Position numbers and translations under genes: made by a program. From the IMG/VR virus record IMGVR_UViG_3300028388_003891, positions 5,513 through 69,512 of that record: DNA of 64,000 nt; one strand, written 5' to 3'. Source of the stretch: a virus (Duplodnaviria; Heunggongvirae; Uroviricota; Caudoviricetes). The notes below the pieces were generated by a model, which worked only from the letters and a program-made list of their open reading frames with translations, was not told the origin of the DNA and did no database searches. This document shows positions 30,290 through 39,863 of the stretch, in pieces. The stretch's first letter is position 1. Each line of letters begins with the position of its first letter.

Positions 30290-30799
30290 ATGAAAACCAA
30301 CCTAATCAAACTGAAAGTCAAGTCAAAGAGTCTTGCCGAAGAGGCTCGTATAATTCGCAAAGAGGAACGCAAGGCGCTTAATCGCTTTAACAACGTCCAT
30401 GCAACTAAAGAGCCAAACCGCGACTATTGGGAATGGACGACACAAGAGCAGCAGGCTTACAACGCTTACGCCTCATTGCACACACACCGCACAGATGACG
30501 TAAGACGTGAATCACGTGCAACCCATCTGGCGATAGCGTTCCTTAAAGGTAGAACATACCGGTCTGTAGAACGCAATTCTAAAGACGATTACGACAAACA
30601 GAGAGCCTTGCTGCGTGCAGCGAAGATTGCGTTCAAGTACATATGGAACGACCATCCTAGCTACCAGCTATTTAAACAGCAACATGCGAGGCAAATGCAA
30701 GCGGTGCCTCGTACGCCAAGAGAAGAGTACGCACGCAAAAATATCAGAGTAACTGCAAATTTACAATATGAGATCTTCCGGAAATGGTCGGAAGAATAA
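30290..30799 (+). CDS. Hypothetical basic/helical protein
   Basis: 169 aa with RBS AGAGTT...ATG. No family recognised. Confidence 0.3.
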   Translation: MKTNLIKLKVKSKSLAEEARIIRKEERKALNRFNNVHATKEPNRDYWEWTTQEQQAYNAYASLHTHRTDDVRRESRATHLAIAFLKGRTYRSVERNSKDDYDKQRALLRAAKIAFKYIWNDHPSYQLFKQQHARQMQAVPRTPREEYARKNIRVTANLQYEIFRKWSEE

Positions 30800-31089
30800 A
30801 TACGAGCAGTTGAACAACTACCCACCTCGATTTTAGACATTGGAACCAGAGTCCCAATGACGGACAAACCAGTCGCGGCACAGGCGATCAATATTGTTGT
30901 AGAACTGCGTGAAGCTCGAGATCATGAACTGAAACGATTGACTCGTCGCCAGTTGCAAAGTATCATTGATAAAGAAACTGCCCGACAAACACAGCGGAGG
31001 ACTACATCTGATGGCTATTGGCGAAGATCGTGATCCAATCTATGGAATAGTGTACGCATCTTGTACGCTAGTGATTGGCGGCCCGATTC

Positions 31090-31457
31090 TTGCATTTGCT
31101 GGTGGGGCGTTCCATTAACGAAATTCGATGAAGCACAACGAACGGTGCTAAGGACGGGGGTTCGATTCCCCCCACCTCCACCAAAAAGCATACTCTTCCC
31201 GCGAAAGCGGTGCGATGGAAGTCGTCATAATCAACCAAGGGAGTATGCTTTTTGATGGGGGTGCACTGGCTTCGACTTGGACTTAATAGCTTGTGTGGAG
31301 AATAGGTGCGGAAGCTACCTTAAACGCAACAAAGTAAAAAAGTGACGCAGCTAATGATGCTGTGTATGATGTGGCTCTAGCAGCCTGATCATACTGGGGA
31401 TTGACTATCCTTATTATCCAATAAGTCCGGGCAGGTTAAACCTGCCCGTTTTAGTTT
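31090..31457 (+). ncRNA. ssrA: Two-piece (circularly permuted) tmRNA gene: acceptor piece first, coding piece second
   Basis: Acceptor piece ends ...GGACGGGGGUUCGAUUCCCCC-CACCUCC-A-CCA at 31174. The coding piece starts at 31257 with GGGGGUG, which pairs with CACCUCC. The coding-piece head GGGGGUGCACUGGCUUCGAC resembles the tmRNA 5' head GGGGCUGAUUCUGGAUUCGAC. An in-frame tag ORF GCA GCU AAU GAU GCU GUG UAU GAU GUG GCU CUA GCA GCC UGA (31348-31388) encodes AANDAVYDVALAA. The 82-nt intervening segment forms a 13-bp hairpin. Terminator at 31427-31456. Confidence 0.75.
31427..31456 (+). terminator. Rho-independent terminator closing the tmRNA coding piece
   Basis: CCGGGCAGG-TTAAA-CCTGCCCG hairpin followed by a TTTTAGTTTT run. 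Confidence 0.65.
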
Positions 31458-31553
31458 TCTAATTGTAAACGGCCCCTTCTGTTGAATTACGTTTGATAGA
31501 TACGTGACTGTATGGTTGCTGAAAAACAGCAATCCTTTGAAATGGAGATCATT

Positions 31554-32504
31554 ATGAAACAAGTGTTTCGCTCAATTGCGATAGCTACCGCAATCGCATT
31601 AACCGCCGCGTGTGGTGCCAAGGTGGAAGTGCCGCCTGCTCACGTTGGCAAAGTCCTTACCCGAAACGGCTTTGCGCCGGAAACTCTCGCCCCAAGCAAA
31701 TTCCGCCTCGAGCCGTGCATAGCGTACTGTGACAAGCTAGTTTTGCTGCAGGCTAATGACGCGCCATTCCATGAGAAAATGGAAGTGTTCATGCCTGAAG
31801 ACAAACTGAATCTTAGTGTTGAGGTTCGTGGCACGATGTCGATCATGTCGAATAACAGCCGTACAATCGATTCACTATATGATCGCATTACTGCTGTGCC
31901 AACGGACGACAATGATGTCAATGTCATAACCGCAGAATTGATATATCGTACATACGGGCAACCGACCCTACGTGGTGTTGTGCGCAATAAGATTGCGGAA
32001 TACACAATTGCTGATGTGATGGCCAACCGTGAAGCGCTTGCTCAGACTATTCACGACGCCATTGTTGATAGGATGGAAGCTACCAGCACTCCATTAATGT
32101 TTTCGCGCTTTGAGCTTGCTGACATCCAGCCGCCTCTAGTGATTATCGAGGCACAAGTTACCGCGAAAAAACGTGAGATCGACATCATGACGGCCAACGC
32201 CGACGCCGAGGTCAAAATGGTGGAAGCAGAGCGCGACCTCGAGATAGCTCAGAAACGACGTCTTGTAGAGCGTGAAAAAGCAGAGGCAATTGCTGAGCAA
32301 AACCAGATCGCGGCCGCTTCAATTACCCCACAGCTACTCGAATATCGACGTCTCGAAGTACAAGAGCGCGTGTTTACACAACTTGCTAACGGTACCAACG
32401 AAGGTCTAATGATCGTGCCGATTGACACTAACAGCATCAACTCGACCACTGAGGGTGCTGTGTTTGGACGTGTCGCTGGCAAGCAAATCGCTAGCGCTAA
32501 GTAA
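31554..32504 (+). CDS. SPFH/band-7 (prohibitin/stomatin-like) domain lipoprotein
   Basis: Lipobox 'ALTAAC' after a signal peptide, an SPFH-like core and a C-terminal charged coiled coil (EIDIMTANADAEVKMVEAERDLEIAQKRRLVEREKAEAIAEQ). Start taken at the Met with a GGAG RBS. Confidence 0.55.
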   Translation: MKQVFRSIAIATAIALTAACGAKVEVPPAHVGKVLTRNGFAPETLAPSKFRLEPCIAYCDKLVLLQANDAPFHEKMEVFMPEDKLNLSVEVRGTMSIMSNNSRTIDSLYDRITAVPTDDNDVNVITAELIYRTYGQPTLRGVVRNKIAEYTIADVMANREALAQTIHDAIVDRMEATSTPLMFSRFELADIQPPLVIIEAQVTAKKREIDIMTANADAEVKMVEAERDLEIAQKRRLVEREKAEAIAEQNQIAAASITPQLLEYRRLEVQERVFTQLANGTNEGLMIVPIDTNSINSTTEGAVFGRVAGKQIASAK

Positions 32505-32515
32505 CGGAGGCAGCT

Positions 32516-32920
32516 ATGAACTGGGACCTTAATTTTGGCAACATCGCGTTTGGACTGATACCTTGGGTATCGCTGGTAGCGTCAGCTACGATCGCTCACT
32601 TGATGTTTGTAGGTTTTTGCAAGCACACAAAATTCGTTGACGATGAATCGTTTTTGGTTTATCACAAATTGATAACGAAAATAGCACCTGTGTTTTTTAT
32701 TGGCACACTTGCGATTGCAGTGCTGCTGTCTGTTCAAACGTACGGTCCCAGAGCAACCCTTAATGCAGTACCATACAACTACAATCCCGAGCCAGCAGAG
32801 ATAGTTCCATCCGAGAACTCGATCACAGGTCGCAGAGATGATGCACCAGATTGGCGTGGTAGGTTTGAAGACAGGCTTGCTGAGCCACCTGTAACAATCA
32901 AAAAGCAAGACGACCAGTAG
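32516..32920 (+). CDS. Small two-TM membrane protein adjacent to the SPFH gene (NfeD-like partner?)
   Basis: Two hydrophobic segments then a soluble tail. Immediately downstream of the SPFH protein. Confidence 0.35.
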   Translation: MNWDLNFGNIAFGLIPWVSLVASATIAHLMFVGFCKHTKFVDDESFLVYHKLITKIAPVFFIGTLAIAVLLSVQTYGPRATLNAVPYNYNPEPAEIVPSENSITGRRDDAPDWRGRFEDRLAEPPVTIKKQDDQ

Positions 32921-32928
32921 GATAAAGC

Positions 32929-33600
32929 ATGCAACTAACCGATCAGGATATTAAAATTCTAACTAACTTTGCATCGATCCAGCCCAATATTGTATTGGGG
33001 CCTGGATCGTCTGTTTTAACGCTTGCAGAAGGTCACCATATAGCAGCGGCAGCTGAACTGAGCCAAGAGATACCTCGTGAGTCGCCTATATACGACCTCG
33101 GGGAATTCCTGCAAGCTGTGTCGCTGCTCGAAGAGCCTTCATTTCGATTCACCGACAAAGCTATAGTGATGAGTGGTGGAGGTAGTCAGGTTCGATATTT
33201 CCTCACAGACAAAGAGATGCTGACATTTCCTCCAAGGGAACCACTAGTTGCGCCAACAGACGGTGTGTTGATCCACTTGTCTGATGAGACTCTGACGGCA
33301 ATCAGAAAAGCATGCTCAGCCTTGAAACATGATGTGATGACGATCGCCAGTCAGGACCAACGTGCTGTTATAACAGTTAGCGATCCAACGATCGATACTA
33401 GCAATGCGTGGGCCACACAGGTAGATATCGAGCGGAACAGCTTTAGTTCTTTTTCAGCGGTGTTCTCCGTTGCAAACATGAAACTGATTCGTGGAAGCTA
33501 TGACGTTCAAATAACACCACACATCTACAAATTCACTAATACCCAAGAGCCGGTGCGCTATTACATGGCACCACATCGACTGTCCACCTTTACGGAGTAA
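32929..33600 (+). CDS. Sliding clamp gp45
   Basis: 'LTNFASIQPNIVLGPGSSVLTLA' parallels T4 'LKNFATINSGIMLKSGQFIMTRA'. 'IYDLGEFLQAVSLLEE' parallels 'IYDLNGFLGILSLVND'. 'ANMKLIRGSYDV' parallels 'ANMKMQPGNYKL'. Confidence 0.8.
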   Translation: MQLTDQDIKILTNFASIQPNIVLGPGSSVLTLAEGHHIAAAAELSQEIPRESPIYDLGEFLQAVSLLEEPSFRFTDKAIVMSGGGSQVRYFLTDKEMLTFPPREPLVAPTDGVLIHLSDETLTAIRKACSALKHDVMTIASQDQRAVITVSDPTIDTSNAWATQVDIERNSFSSFSAVFSVANMKLIRGSYDVQITPHIYKFTNTQEPVRYYMAPHRLSTFTE

Positions 33601-33603
33601 ATT

Positions 33604-33831
33604 ATGGACCAATCAACACAGCAACAGCTAGTGCAGCTGTCCACCAAAGTAGCACGTACATCACAAGCGGTGATCGACACTCTTGCACGCCGCGGTGGCT
33701 TTGCGGGGGAAGAACTGTTTTCCGTCGGAGACCTACGCAACTCTTGCGTACAGCTGATTCAGATGCTTGAGCAGATTGAAAGCGAAGCTGCAGCATCTCA
33801 AGCATCCGCTAAGAGCAAGGACAGCAAGTAG
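33604..33831 (+). CDS. Hypothetical small protein
   Basis: 75 aa, between clamp and clamp-loader genes. Confidence 0.3.
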   Translation: MDQSTQQQLVQLSTKVARTSQAVIDTLARRGGFAGEELFSVGDLRNSCVQLIQMLEQIESEAAASQASAKSKDSK

Positions 33832-33842
33832 CGGAGGTTGAT

Positions 33843-34052
33843 ATGAAGCACATCATATCGTTTGATAATCAAGAACAGCTTGTTTTGTTCATGCTCCAGC
33901 AGGGGCATGAAGTACCAATCCCCATGATCAAAAGCATGGGGGTTCGCAACCCAAGGGCAGTTGTGTTTCGCTTACGGACTCGAGGGTACAACATCCGTCT
34001 CAGATCAAAACACGACGGTGCCCGTTCGTATCGTATGGTGGGTGCGCACTAA
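33843..34052 (+). CDS. Hypothetical small basic protein
   Basis: 69 aa. ATGA-coupled to gp44. Confidence 0.3.
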   Translation: MKHIISFDNQEQLVLFMLQQGHEVPIPMIKSMGVRNPRAVVFRLRTRGYNIRLRSKHDGARSYRMVGAH

Positions 34053-34987
34053 TGGATCTACTGTGTGAGAAGTATCGGCCTAAAAACATCGACAGCTTGA
34101 TAGCACCGCCCGAACTGATAGGACAGCTAACCAGTGTGGTTGAGAGTGGGAATATTCCCAACATGCTGTTTTACGGTTCGTCAGGGGTTGGTAAGACCAG
34201 TGCTGCTCGAGCAATCTGCGATCAGATTAACGCAAGCGTAATGATGATTAATGGTTCCGATGAGCGCAATATCGATGTCCTGCGAGGCAAGATAACGCAA
34301 TTTGCAACCACTGTGTCTCTTGATGGGTCGCAGAAAGTGGTGATTATCGACGAGGCTGACTACCTCAACGCACAGAGCACCCAGCCTGCTCTTCGCAACT
34401 TCATGGAAGAGTATAGCGGCAACTGTCGTTTCATAATGACGTGCAACTTTCCAAAGCGAATCATCGAATCGCTGCATTCGCGTTGTAGCACATATGACTT
34501 CGGGATTGCCAACAAGGATCTGCAAGCGCTGTGTGCTCAAATGCTTAAGCGGTGCAAATGGATCCTAGAACAAGAGGGCGTGACGTACGACGTACAAGAC
34601 GTCGCTCACATTATCCTCAAGCAGGCACCCGATTGGCGTCGTATACTCAACACAATCCAAAAGCACGTATCTATTGGACAACTGATCGTACCAGAAAAAC
34701 TTGATGACGACGGTGGCGTAGTTGCTGATCTAATCAAGTTTATCAAGGCCGATGACTTTTCCAAAGTACGTGGATGGATTGCACGCAACACAGACATTGA
34801 TAATGCAGCTGTATTCCGAGCTCTATACGAGCATCTCGCGCCACAGGCCGTTGATGAACCCAACCTTGCACAGATGATCTTGATACTTGCTGACTACGGC
34901 TACAAAGACGCGTTTGTTGTTGATCGGGAAGTTAATCTTGCTGCTTGTGCCGTTCAGATAATGTCACAGATCAAGTTTAAATCATGA
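34052..34987 (+). CDS. Clamp loader large subunit gp44 (AAA+)
   Basis: Walker A 'GSSGVGKTSAARAI', Walker B 'VVIIDEADYL' and sensor/SRC motif 'HSRCSTYDF'. Confidence 0.85.
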   Translation: MDLLCEKYRPKNIDSLIAPPELIGQLTSVVESGNIPNMLFYGSSGVGKTSAARAICDQINASVMMINGSDERNIDVLRGKITQFATTVSLDGSQKVVIIDEADYLNAQSTQPALRNFMEEYSGNCRFIMTCNFPKRIIESLHSRCSTYDFGIANKDLQALCAQMLKRCKWILEQEGVTYDVQDVAHIILKQAPDWRRILNTIQKHVSIGQLIVPEKLDDDGGVVADLIKFIKADDFSKVRGWIARNTDIDNAAVFRALYEHLAPQAVDEPNLAQMILILADYGYKDAFVVDREVNLAACAVQIMSQIKFKS

Positions 34988-35388
34988 CGGACAAGATCAC
35001 GCCGTTTACATTCGTTAACTCGATATCAAGCAGCTCCCGGCCTCTTGAGATCAATGACGACAATCGCAAACACTATGTGCCATTTGTGATCAATCGTGCT
35101 TTGTCTTATCGCCGCGATGCAGTTCGTGTCGCTAACGAAATTAATCGGTTTAGTGATCTTGACGTCGACATGCAGTACAGGTTTCTCAAAGGCGTTGTCC
35201 CCAACTCACGGCAGTTTAGTAAGTGGGGCAAGAAGCAACAGGACAAACAGGACGCAATAGACGCTATTGCTCGACTGTATAAGTGCAGCAAGCGAGAAGC
35301 AGCCCAGTATTTGAGTGTACTTGACCGACAATCCGTGGACGCCATCGTTGAGCGTGCTTCGCTTGGAGGAACGAAATCTACTAAATAA
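34984..35388 (+). CDS. Clamp loader small subunit gp62
   Basis: 'GVVPNSRQFSKWGKKQQDKQDAIDAIARLYK' parallels T4 gp62 '[32 protein letters not shown]'. Overlaps the gp44 stop. Confidence 0.6.
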   Translation: MTDKITPFTFVNSISSSSRPLEINDDNRKHYVPFVINRALSYRRDAVRVANEINRFSDLDVDMQYRFLKGVVPNSRQFSKWGKKQQDKQDAIDAIARLYKCSKREAAQYLSVLDRQSVDAIVERASLGGTKSTK

Positions 35389-35417
35389 CCGTAGTATAAT
35401 TCAAACAATTAAACACT

Positions 35418-35825
35418 ATGGATCAAGCGATAGTAGATTGGACCATCAATTCGATGGTCGAAGTGACTCTGGAACATCCAGACGATTTCCTCAAGGTTCG
35501 CGAGACGTTGACACGAATCGGTGTAGCGTCCCGCACAGAAAACAAGCTGTACCAGTCGTGCCATATTCTGCATAAGCAGGGTAGGTATTTCATCGTCAGC
35601 TTTAAAGAACTGTTCTTGTTGGATGGGAAGAAATCGACATTAATGGAAAACGACGTACGTCGTCGCAACACAATAGCCACGTTGCTCAGCGATTGGGGAC
35701 TGGTAGACATTGTGGATAAAGACAAGGTACGTGACTGTGCGCCTATGCGCCAAATAAAGATTATCCCCCATCGTGACAAAGACCAGTGGGAGCTAGTGCC
35801 GAAGTATAAGATCGGCAACGGCTAA
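35418..35825 (+). CDS. regA: Translational repressor RegA
   Basis: 'HPDDFLKVRETLTRIGVAS...LYQSCHILHKQGRYFIVSFKE' and C-terminal 'WELVPKYKIGNG' are near-identical in pattern to T4 RegA. TATAAT box at 35386. Confidence 0.85.
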   Translation: MDQAIVDWTINSMVEVTLEHPDDFLKVRETLTRIGVASRTENKLYQSCHILHKQGRYFIVSFKELFLLDGKKSTLMENDVRRRNTIATLLSDWGLVDIVDKDKVRDCAPMRQIKIIPHRDKDQWELVPKYKIGNG

Positions 35826-35884
35826 ACAGCCCGCGGAGTATTTCCGGGGCATAATATTCTTGCTTAGTTTTAAGGAGAAGACCC

Positions 35885-36316
35885 ATGTCTATATTTCCAT
35901 CTTCTTTTATTGGTTTCGACGACTTGCTCAGCCATGCAGCAGCGTTACCTAGAAGCGATAACTCTTTTCCCCCATACGATGTACGTCAGCTAGACGAGTC
36001 GATGTACGAACTACGTATGGCCGTTGCTGGATATAAAGAGCAGGATCTCGAAGTCCTACTACGCGATGTTCATCTCACTATCACAGGTAAGGTGGACGTT
36101 GAACGTAGCAATTTCCTTCATAAGGGCATTTCCACGCGTAAGTTTCACCGCAATTTCCGATTAGCGGAAGGTGTCGAGGTTAGCAGCGTTGTTTTGGAGG
36201 ACGGCATCTTGACGATTACTCTTAATCGCTCAGTGCCAGAAGCATTGCAAACCAAGCGCTTAGAGATCGGCTATCGAAGTAGTCAACGAGGCGATCCACA
36301 GCTTCTGGAAGAATAA
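35885..36316 (+). CDS. Small heat-shock protein (Hsp20/alpha-crystallin family)
   Basis: Alpha-crystallin domain pattern '...YELRMAVAGYKEQDLEV...LTITG...F.R.F.L.EGVEVSSVVLEDGILTITL'. Confidence 0.7.
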   Translation: MSIFPSSFIGFDDLLSHAAALPRSDNSFPPYDVRQLDESMYELRMAVAGYKEQDLEVLLRDVHLTITGKVDVERSNFLHKGISTRKFHRNFRLAEGVEVSSVVLEDGILTITLNRSVPEALQTKRLEIGYRSSQRGDPQLLEE

Positions 36317-36319
36317 ACA

Positions 36320-36347
36320 GGAACCCGCTTCGGCGGGTTCCCTTTTG
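36320..36347 (+). terminator. Rho-independent terminator after hsp20
   Basis: GGAACCCGC-TTCG-GCGGGTTCC hairpin followed by CTTTTG. Confidence 0.7.
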
Positions 36348-36378
36348 TTGCATAATGGTGTAGAGTAGATCTTTACAG

Positions 36379-38913
36379 TTGGAGAATCATATGTATTGTG
36401 ACGTAACACGTATCAAAGACGATATTTGCGTACGTGGGTACACCCCCAGCGGTGAACGATACCAACGCCGCGTTCCATTTAAGCCAACGATGTACCTCCC
36501 ATCGTCCGATCCCACAGATTGGCGCACATTAGGTGGTGTACACGTAGCTCCTGTTATATGCGACTCAATGAGCGACGCAAGTCGTATGGTCAAAGAGTAT
36601 GAAGGCGTTGCACGCCTTGCAGTGTTTGGAATGGACAACTACGTCACGCAGTTCGTTGAGCAAGCATTCCCCGGTGATTTTAAATATGATATAACAAGCG
36701 TCAATGTTGTGTCGTTTGACATTGAGGTATACAGTCCCGATGGTTTTCCACACGCAAGTGAAGCTCAATATCCCGTTGTCTCCATCGCAGCTCATAGCTC
36801 TAAATTTGATCAGTATATTTTATGGGCGACAAAGGACTTCACGCCAACACAAGAGACTCCAACCAACCTGACTTTTGTTCGCTGTGATGATGAACACGAT
36901 TTGCTCAGCAAGTTTCTGAGCTGGTGGGAAGGCAGTGATACAAGTCCCGATGTTGTGACAGGGTGGAATGTCAAGCTGTTTGATATTCCGTACCTCGTTA
37001 ACCGCATACGACAAACAATGGGGGAAGCGCCAGCAAGACGTCTATCGCCATGGGGCTTTATTCGCGAACACGCAGTACAAATTGGCAATCGCTCCAACCA
37101 AGCGTTTGTATTAGCTGGCATTCAGATTCTCGATTACATCGAATTGTACCGCAAGTTTGCAGTGCTAACACTAGGCGTTCCCGAGTCGTACAAGCTCGAC
37201 CACATTGCGTCCCTCGTTCTCGGCCGTAAAAAGTTGTCATACGACGAGCATCGATCTCTGCACTCTCTATATGATAAAGATCCCAATCGCTTCTTCGATT
37301 ACAACATTCGCGACACGGAACTGATCGTTGAAATGGACCGTAAGCTCCAGTTGATCACGTTGGCTATAACAATCGCCTACAAAGCAGGGGCTCAATATAC
37401 AGACGCGTTCGGAACTACGGCTGTTTGGGATGCTTTAATATACAGGTCTCTCAATCAGCGCGGCATCGTCGTTCCCCCTAAGATAGTAGGAGCAAAACAG
37501 AATCTTGATGGCGCGTATGTTAAGACACCACAGTTAGGGCGACACAAGTGGGTCGCATCATTTGACCTCAATAGCCTGTACCCAATGACGATGATTCAGT
37601 ACAACATGTCTCCTGAAACAATCGTCGATACGTACAGCGATTTAACGCCCGAAAAGATTCTCGAGACGGATGGCCAAGCAGCTATTGATAGTTCGGTACC
37701 TAATTGCACCACCGCTGCAAACGGGATCCACTACACCACAAATCAGAAGGGGATCATTCCAGAGTTGATCGATAAGCTGTACAGCGATCGATCTCAGGCT
37801 AAGAAGGCAAAGATTGAACTAGACAAAAAGGTTCAACGAGCTCGTAATCCTGAAACAAAAGCTAAATTGGAAAAAGAGCGTGATCAGTTGGACAGCGCGC
37901 AGATGGCATTTAAGATTTTGATGAACAGCTGTTACGGAGCTCACGGCAGTCCGTACTTCCGCTATTTTGACATGCGAACAGCCAACGCAATTACTTCTTG
38001 TGGAAGACTGACGATTCGCTGGGCCGAGAAGGCTATCAACGAGCTACTGAACAAGATCCTTAAAACAGACAACGTCGACTATGTGATTGCAGCTGACACG
38101 GACTCGCTGTATATAAACATGGGTCCTCTTGTCGATATGATGGGCATCGGTGATCGTCCGGAAGACGAAGTTGTCACTATCATTGATCAAATATGCAACG
38201 ACAAGTTTGAACCGCACCTCGACCAAGCGTACGTTAAACTTGGAGAGGTGATGAGTGCATTTTCTCTGCGAATGAAGATGAAGCGCGAAGTGATTGCAAG
38301 TGGTGGAATATGGGTGGCTAAAAAGAGGTACACTCTTTTGGTGCATGATGATGAAGGAGTTCGATACGAAACACCGAAGCTCAAGATCATGGGCATTGAG
38401 GCTGTCAAATCGAGCACACCACAAGTGTGTCGCGACAAACTCAAAGAGGTGTTTCGTTTGCTGGTCAAAGGCAAGTTCGACGAAGCCATGGAGTTCTGTG
38501 AACAGTTTCGTGAGGATTTTAGGCAGCTAGAGCCACATGAGGTCGCCTCGCCTCGTTCTGCGAACAATATAAGCAAGTGGCAGGATTCACAAACGATATA
38601 CGGTAAAGGAACGCCGATACACATCAAAGGATCACTGCTATACAACAATTTCATCGAACAGGTTGATGAGACAGGTAATCAGTTTCCTCGTATTGGTGAT
38701 GGTGAAAAGATTAAGTTTATACCTCTGTTAAAGCCAAATCCAATTCGCGATACAGTGATATCCTTTCCAGACTATCTGCCTGAGGAGTTGAATCTTCACA
38801 AGTACCTTGACTACAATAGCCAATTCGAAAAGACCTTTATGTCCGTCGTCGATCACATGATCGAAGCGGCTGGTTGGTCTCGTCATCCCACCCTCGATGC
38901 TTTTTTTACATGA
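36379..38913 (+). CDS. DNA polymerase, family B (gp43)
   Basis: Exo I 'FDIE', motif A 'DLNSLYPM', KKRY 'VAKKRYTL', motif C 'AADTDSLYI'. 844 aa. Confidence 0.9.
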   Translation: MENHMYCDVTRIKDDICVRGYTPSGERYQRRVPFKPTMYLPSSDPTDWRTLGGVHVAPVICDSMSDASRMVKEYEGVARLAVFGMDNYVTQFVEQAFPGDFKYDITSVNVVSFDIEVYSPDGFPHASEAQYPVVSIAAHSSKFDQYILWATKDFTPTQETPTNLTFVRCDDEHDLLSKFLSWWEGSDTSPDVVTGWNVKLFDIPYLVNRIRQTMGEAPARRLSPWGFIREHAVQIGNRSNQAFVLAGIQILDYIELYRKFAVLTLGVPESYKLDHIASLVLGRKKLSYDEHRSLHSLYDKDPNRFFDYNIRDTELIVEMDRKLQLITLAITIAYKAGAQYTDAFGTTAVWDALIYRSLNQRGIVVPPKIVGAKQNLDGAYVKTPQLGRHKWVASFDLNSLYPMTMIQYNMSPETIVDTYSDLTPEKILETDGQAAIDSSVPNCTTAANGIHYTTNQKGIIPELIDKLYSDRSQAKKAKIELDKKVQRARNPETKAKLEKERDQLDSAQMAFKILMNSCYGAHGSPYFRYFDMRTANAITSCGRLTIRWAEKAINELLNKILKTDNVDYVIAADTDSLYINMGPLVDMMGIGDRPEDEVVTIIDQICNDKFEPHLDQAYVKLGEVMSAFSLRMKMKREVIASGGIWVAKKRYTLLVHDDEGVRYETPKLKIMGIEAVKSSTPQVCRDKLKEVFRLLVKGKFDEAMEFCEQFREDFRQLEPHEVASPRSANNISKWQDSQTIYGKGTPIHIKGSLLYNNFIEQVDETGNQFPRIGDGEKIKFIPLLKPNPIRDTVISFPDYLPEELNLHKYLDYNSQFEKTFMSVVDHMIEAAGWSRHPTLDAFFT

Positions 38914-39854
38914 TTGAACTGACCGTTTTCGCTTCACAGTACGACAACAGGACAAATCGCCGTGTAAAATTCGACGATTGGGGCTCGTTTGTGTCAACGC
39001 TAAAAGCGTCATCGCGATGTCGCTTCGCTTCAAAAAAAGCCGCGGAGCTTATATCGCCGGCTATATACAAACCTAACACGACCAGAGCTATCAACAACGT
39101 TGAAAAGTGGGCTGGATGGCTGGCATTGGACATCGATAGTATGGACATAACTTCCAGCACGATGCACATCGCTTTTGAGCAATTTAATTCATATCAGTAC
39201 GTGTGCTACAGCACAGCAAGCTCCAGTCATGAACAGCCGAAGTTTCGCTTAGTGCTTCCGTTAAGCCGAGACGCTAACGGCCCTACTGAAATCCAACGAC
39301 TGTGGTACGCTACTAACCGAGAGCTAGGAGACGTCGCAGACCCACAAACTAAAGACGTTACCCGAATGTTTTACGTGCCGGGCAATTACGCTTCAGCTGA
39401 ATACCAATTCTTTATCGACAATCGCCACGGGCAGGTACTTGATGTTGATGAGCTACTAGCCAAATGGCCGTATCAGCCCCCGAAAGATCATACATCGGTT
39501 TATTCGGCGTTGCCAGAATATTTGCAGCAAGCTGTGAGAGAATATCGTCAGAATAGAGCGAGCAACATTGATGCGACATGGACAGACTACACCGATTGTC
39601 CGTTCGTTCCGCAATCATTAATTGAACAATATAAGAACATTTCCGATGGCGGCTGGTACCGCATGTTATATCGAATCATGGTAGCCACCGCTATTAACGC
39701 CATAGAAGCAGACTACCCAATTACTGAGGAGCAAATTGAGCAAATAGCTCGCGACATTGATCGCGATAACGGGTTATGGTACAAAAAAAGGCCATTCAAA
39801 AGAGAGGCTGCGAACGCGTTAGCATACGCGTATCAACATGCCATGATAGGATAG
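38910..39854 (+). CDS. Hypothetical protein with DxD motif (possible primase-polymerase-like); start at internal Met
   Basis: 'WLALDIDSMD' acidic motif. Otherwise unassigned. Overlaps the polymerase stop. Confidence 0.3.
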   Translation: MIELTVFASQYDNRTNRRVKFDDWGSFVSTLKASSRCRFASKKAAELISPAIYKPNTTRAINNVEKWAGWLALDIDSMDITSSTMHIAFEQFNSYQYVCYSTASSSHEQPKFRLVLPLSRDANGPTEIQRLWYATNRELGDVADPQTKDVTRMFYVPGNYASAEYQFFIDNRHGQVLDVDELLAKWPYQPPKDHTSVYSALPEYLQQAVREYRQNRASNIDATWTDYTDCPFVPQSLIEQYKNISDGGWYRMLYRIMVATAINAIEADYPITEEQIEQIARDIDRDNGLWYKKRPFKREAANALAYAYQHAMIG

Positions 39855-39863
39855 GAGAGATAT

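Noticed and set aside
30800-31260. Standard one-piece tmRNA with the 5' GGGG head upstream of the T arm
   Set aside because: No GGGG...UUCGAC head within 400 nt upstream. The matching head lies downstream of the CCA end, so the permuted two-piece interpretation was adopted.
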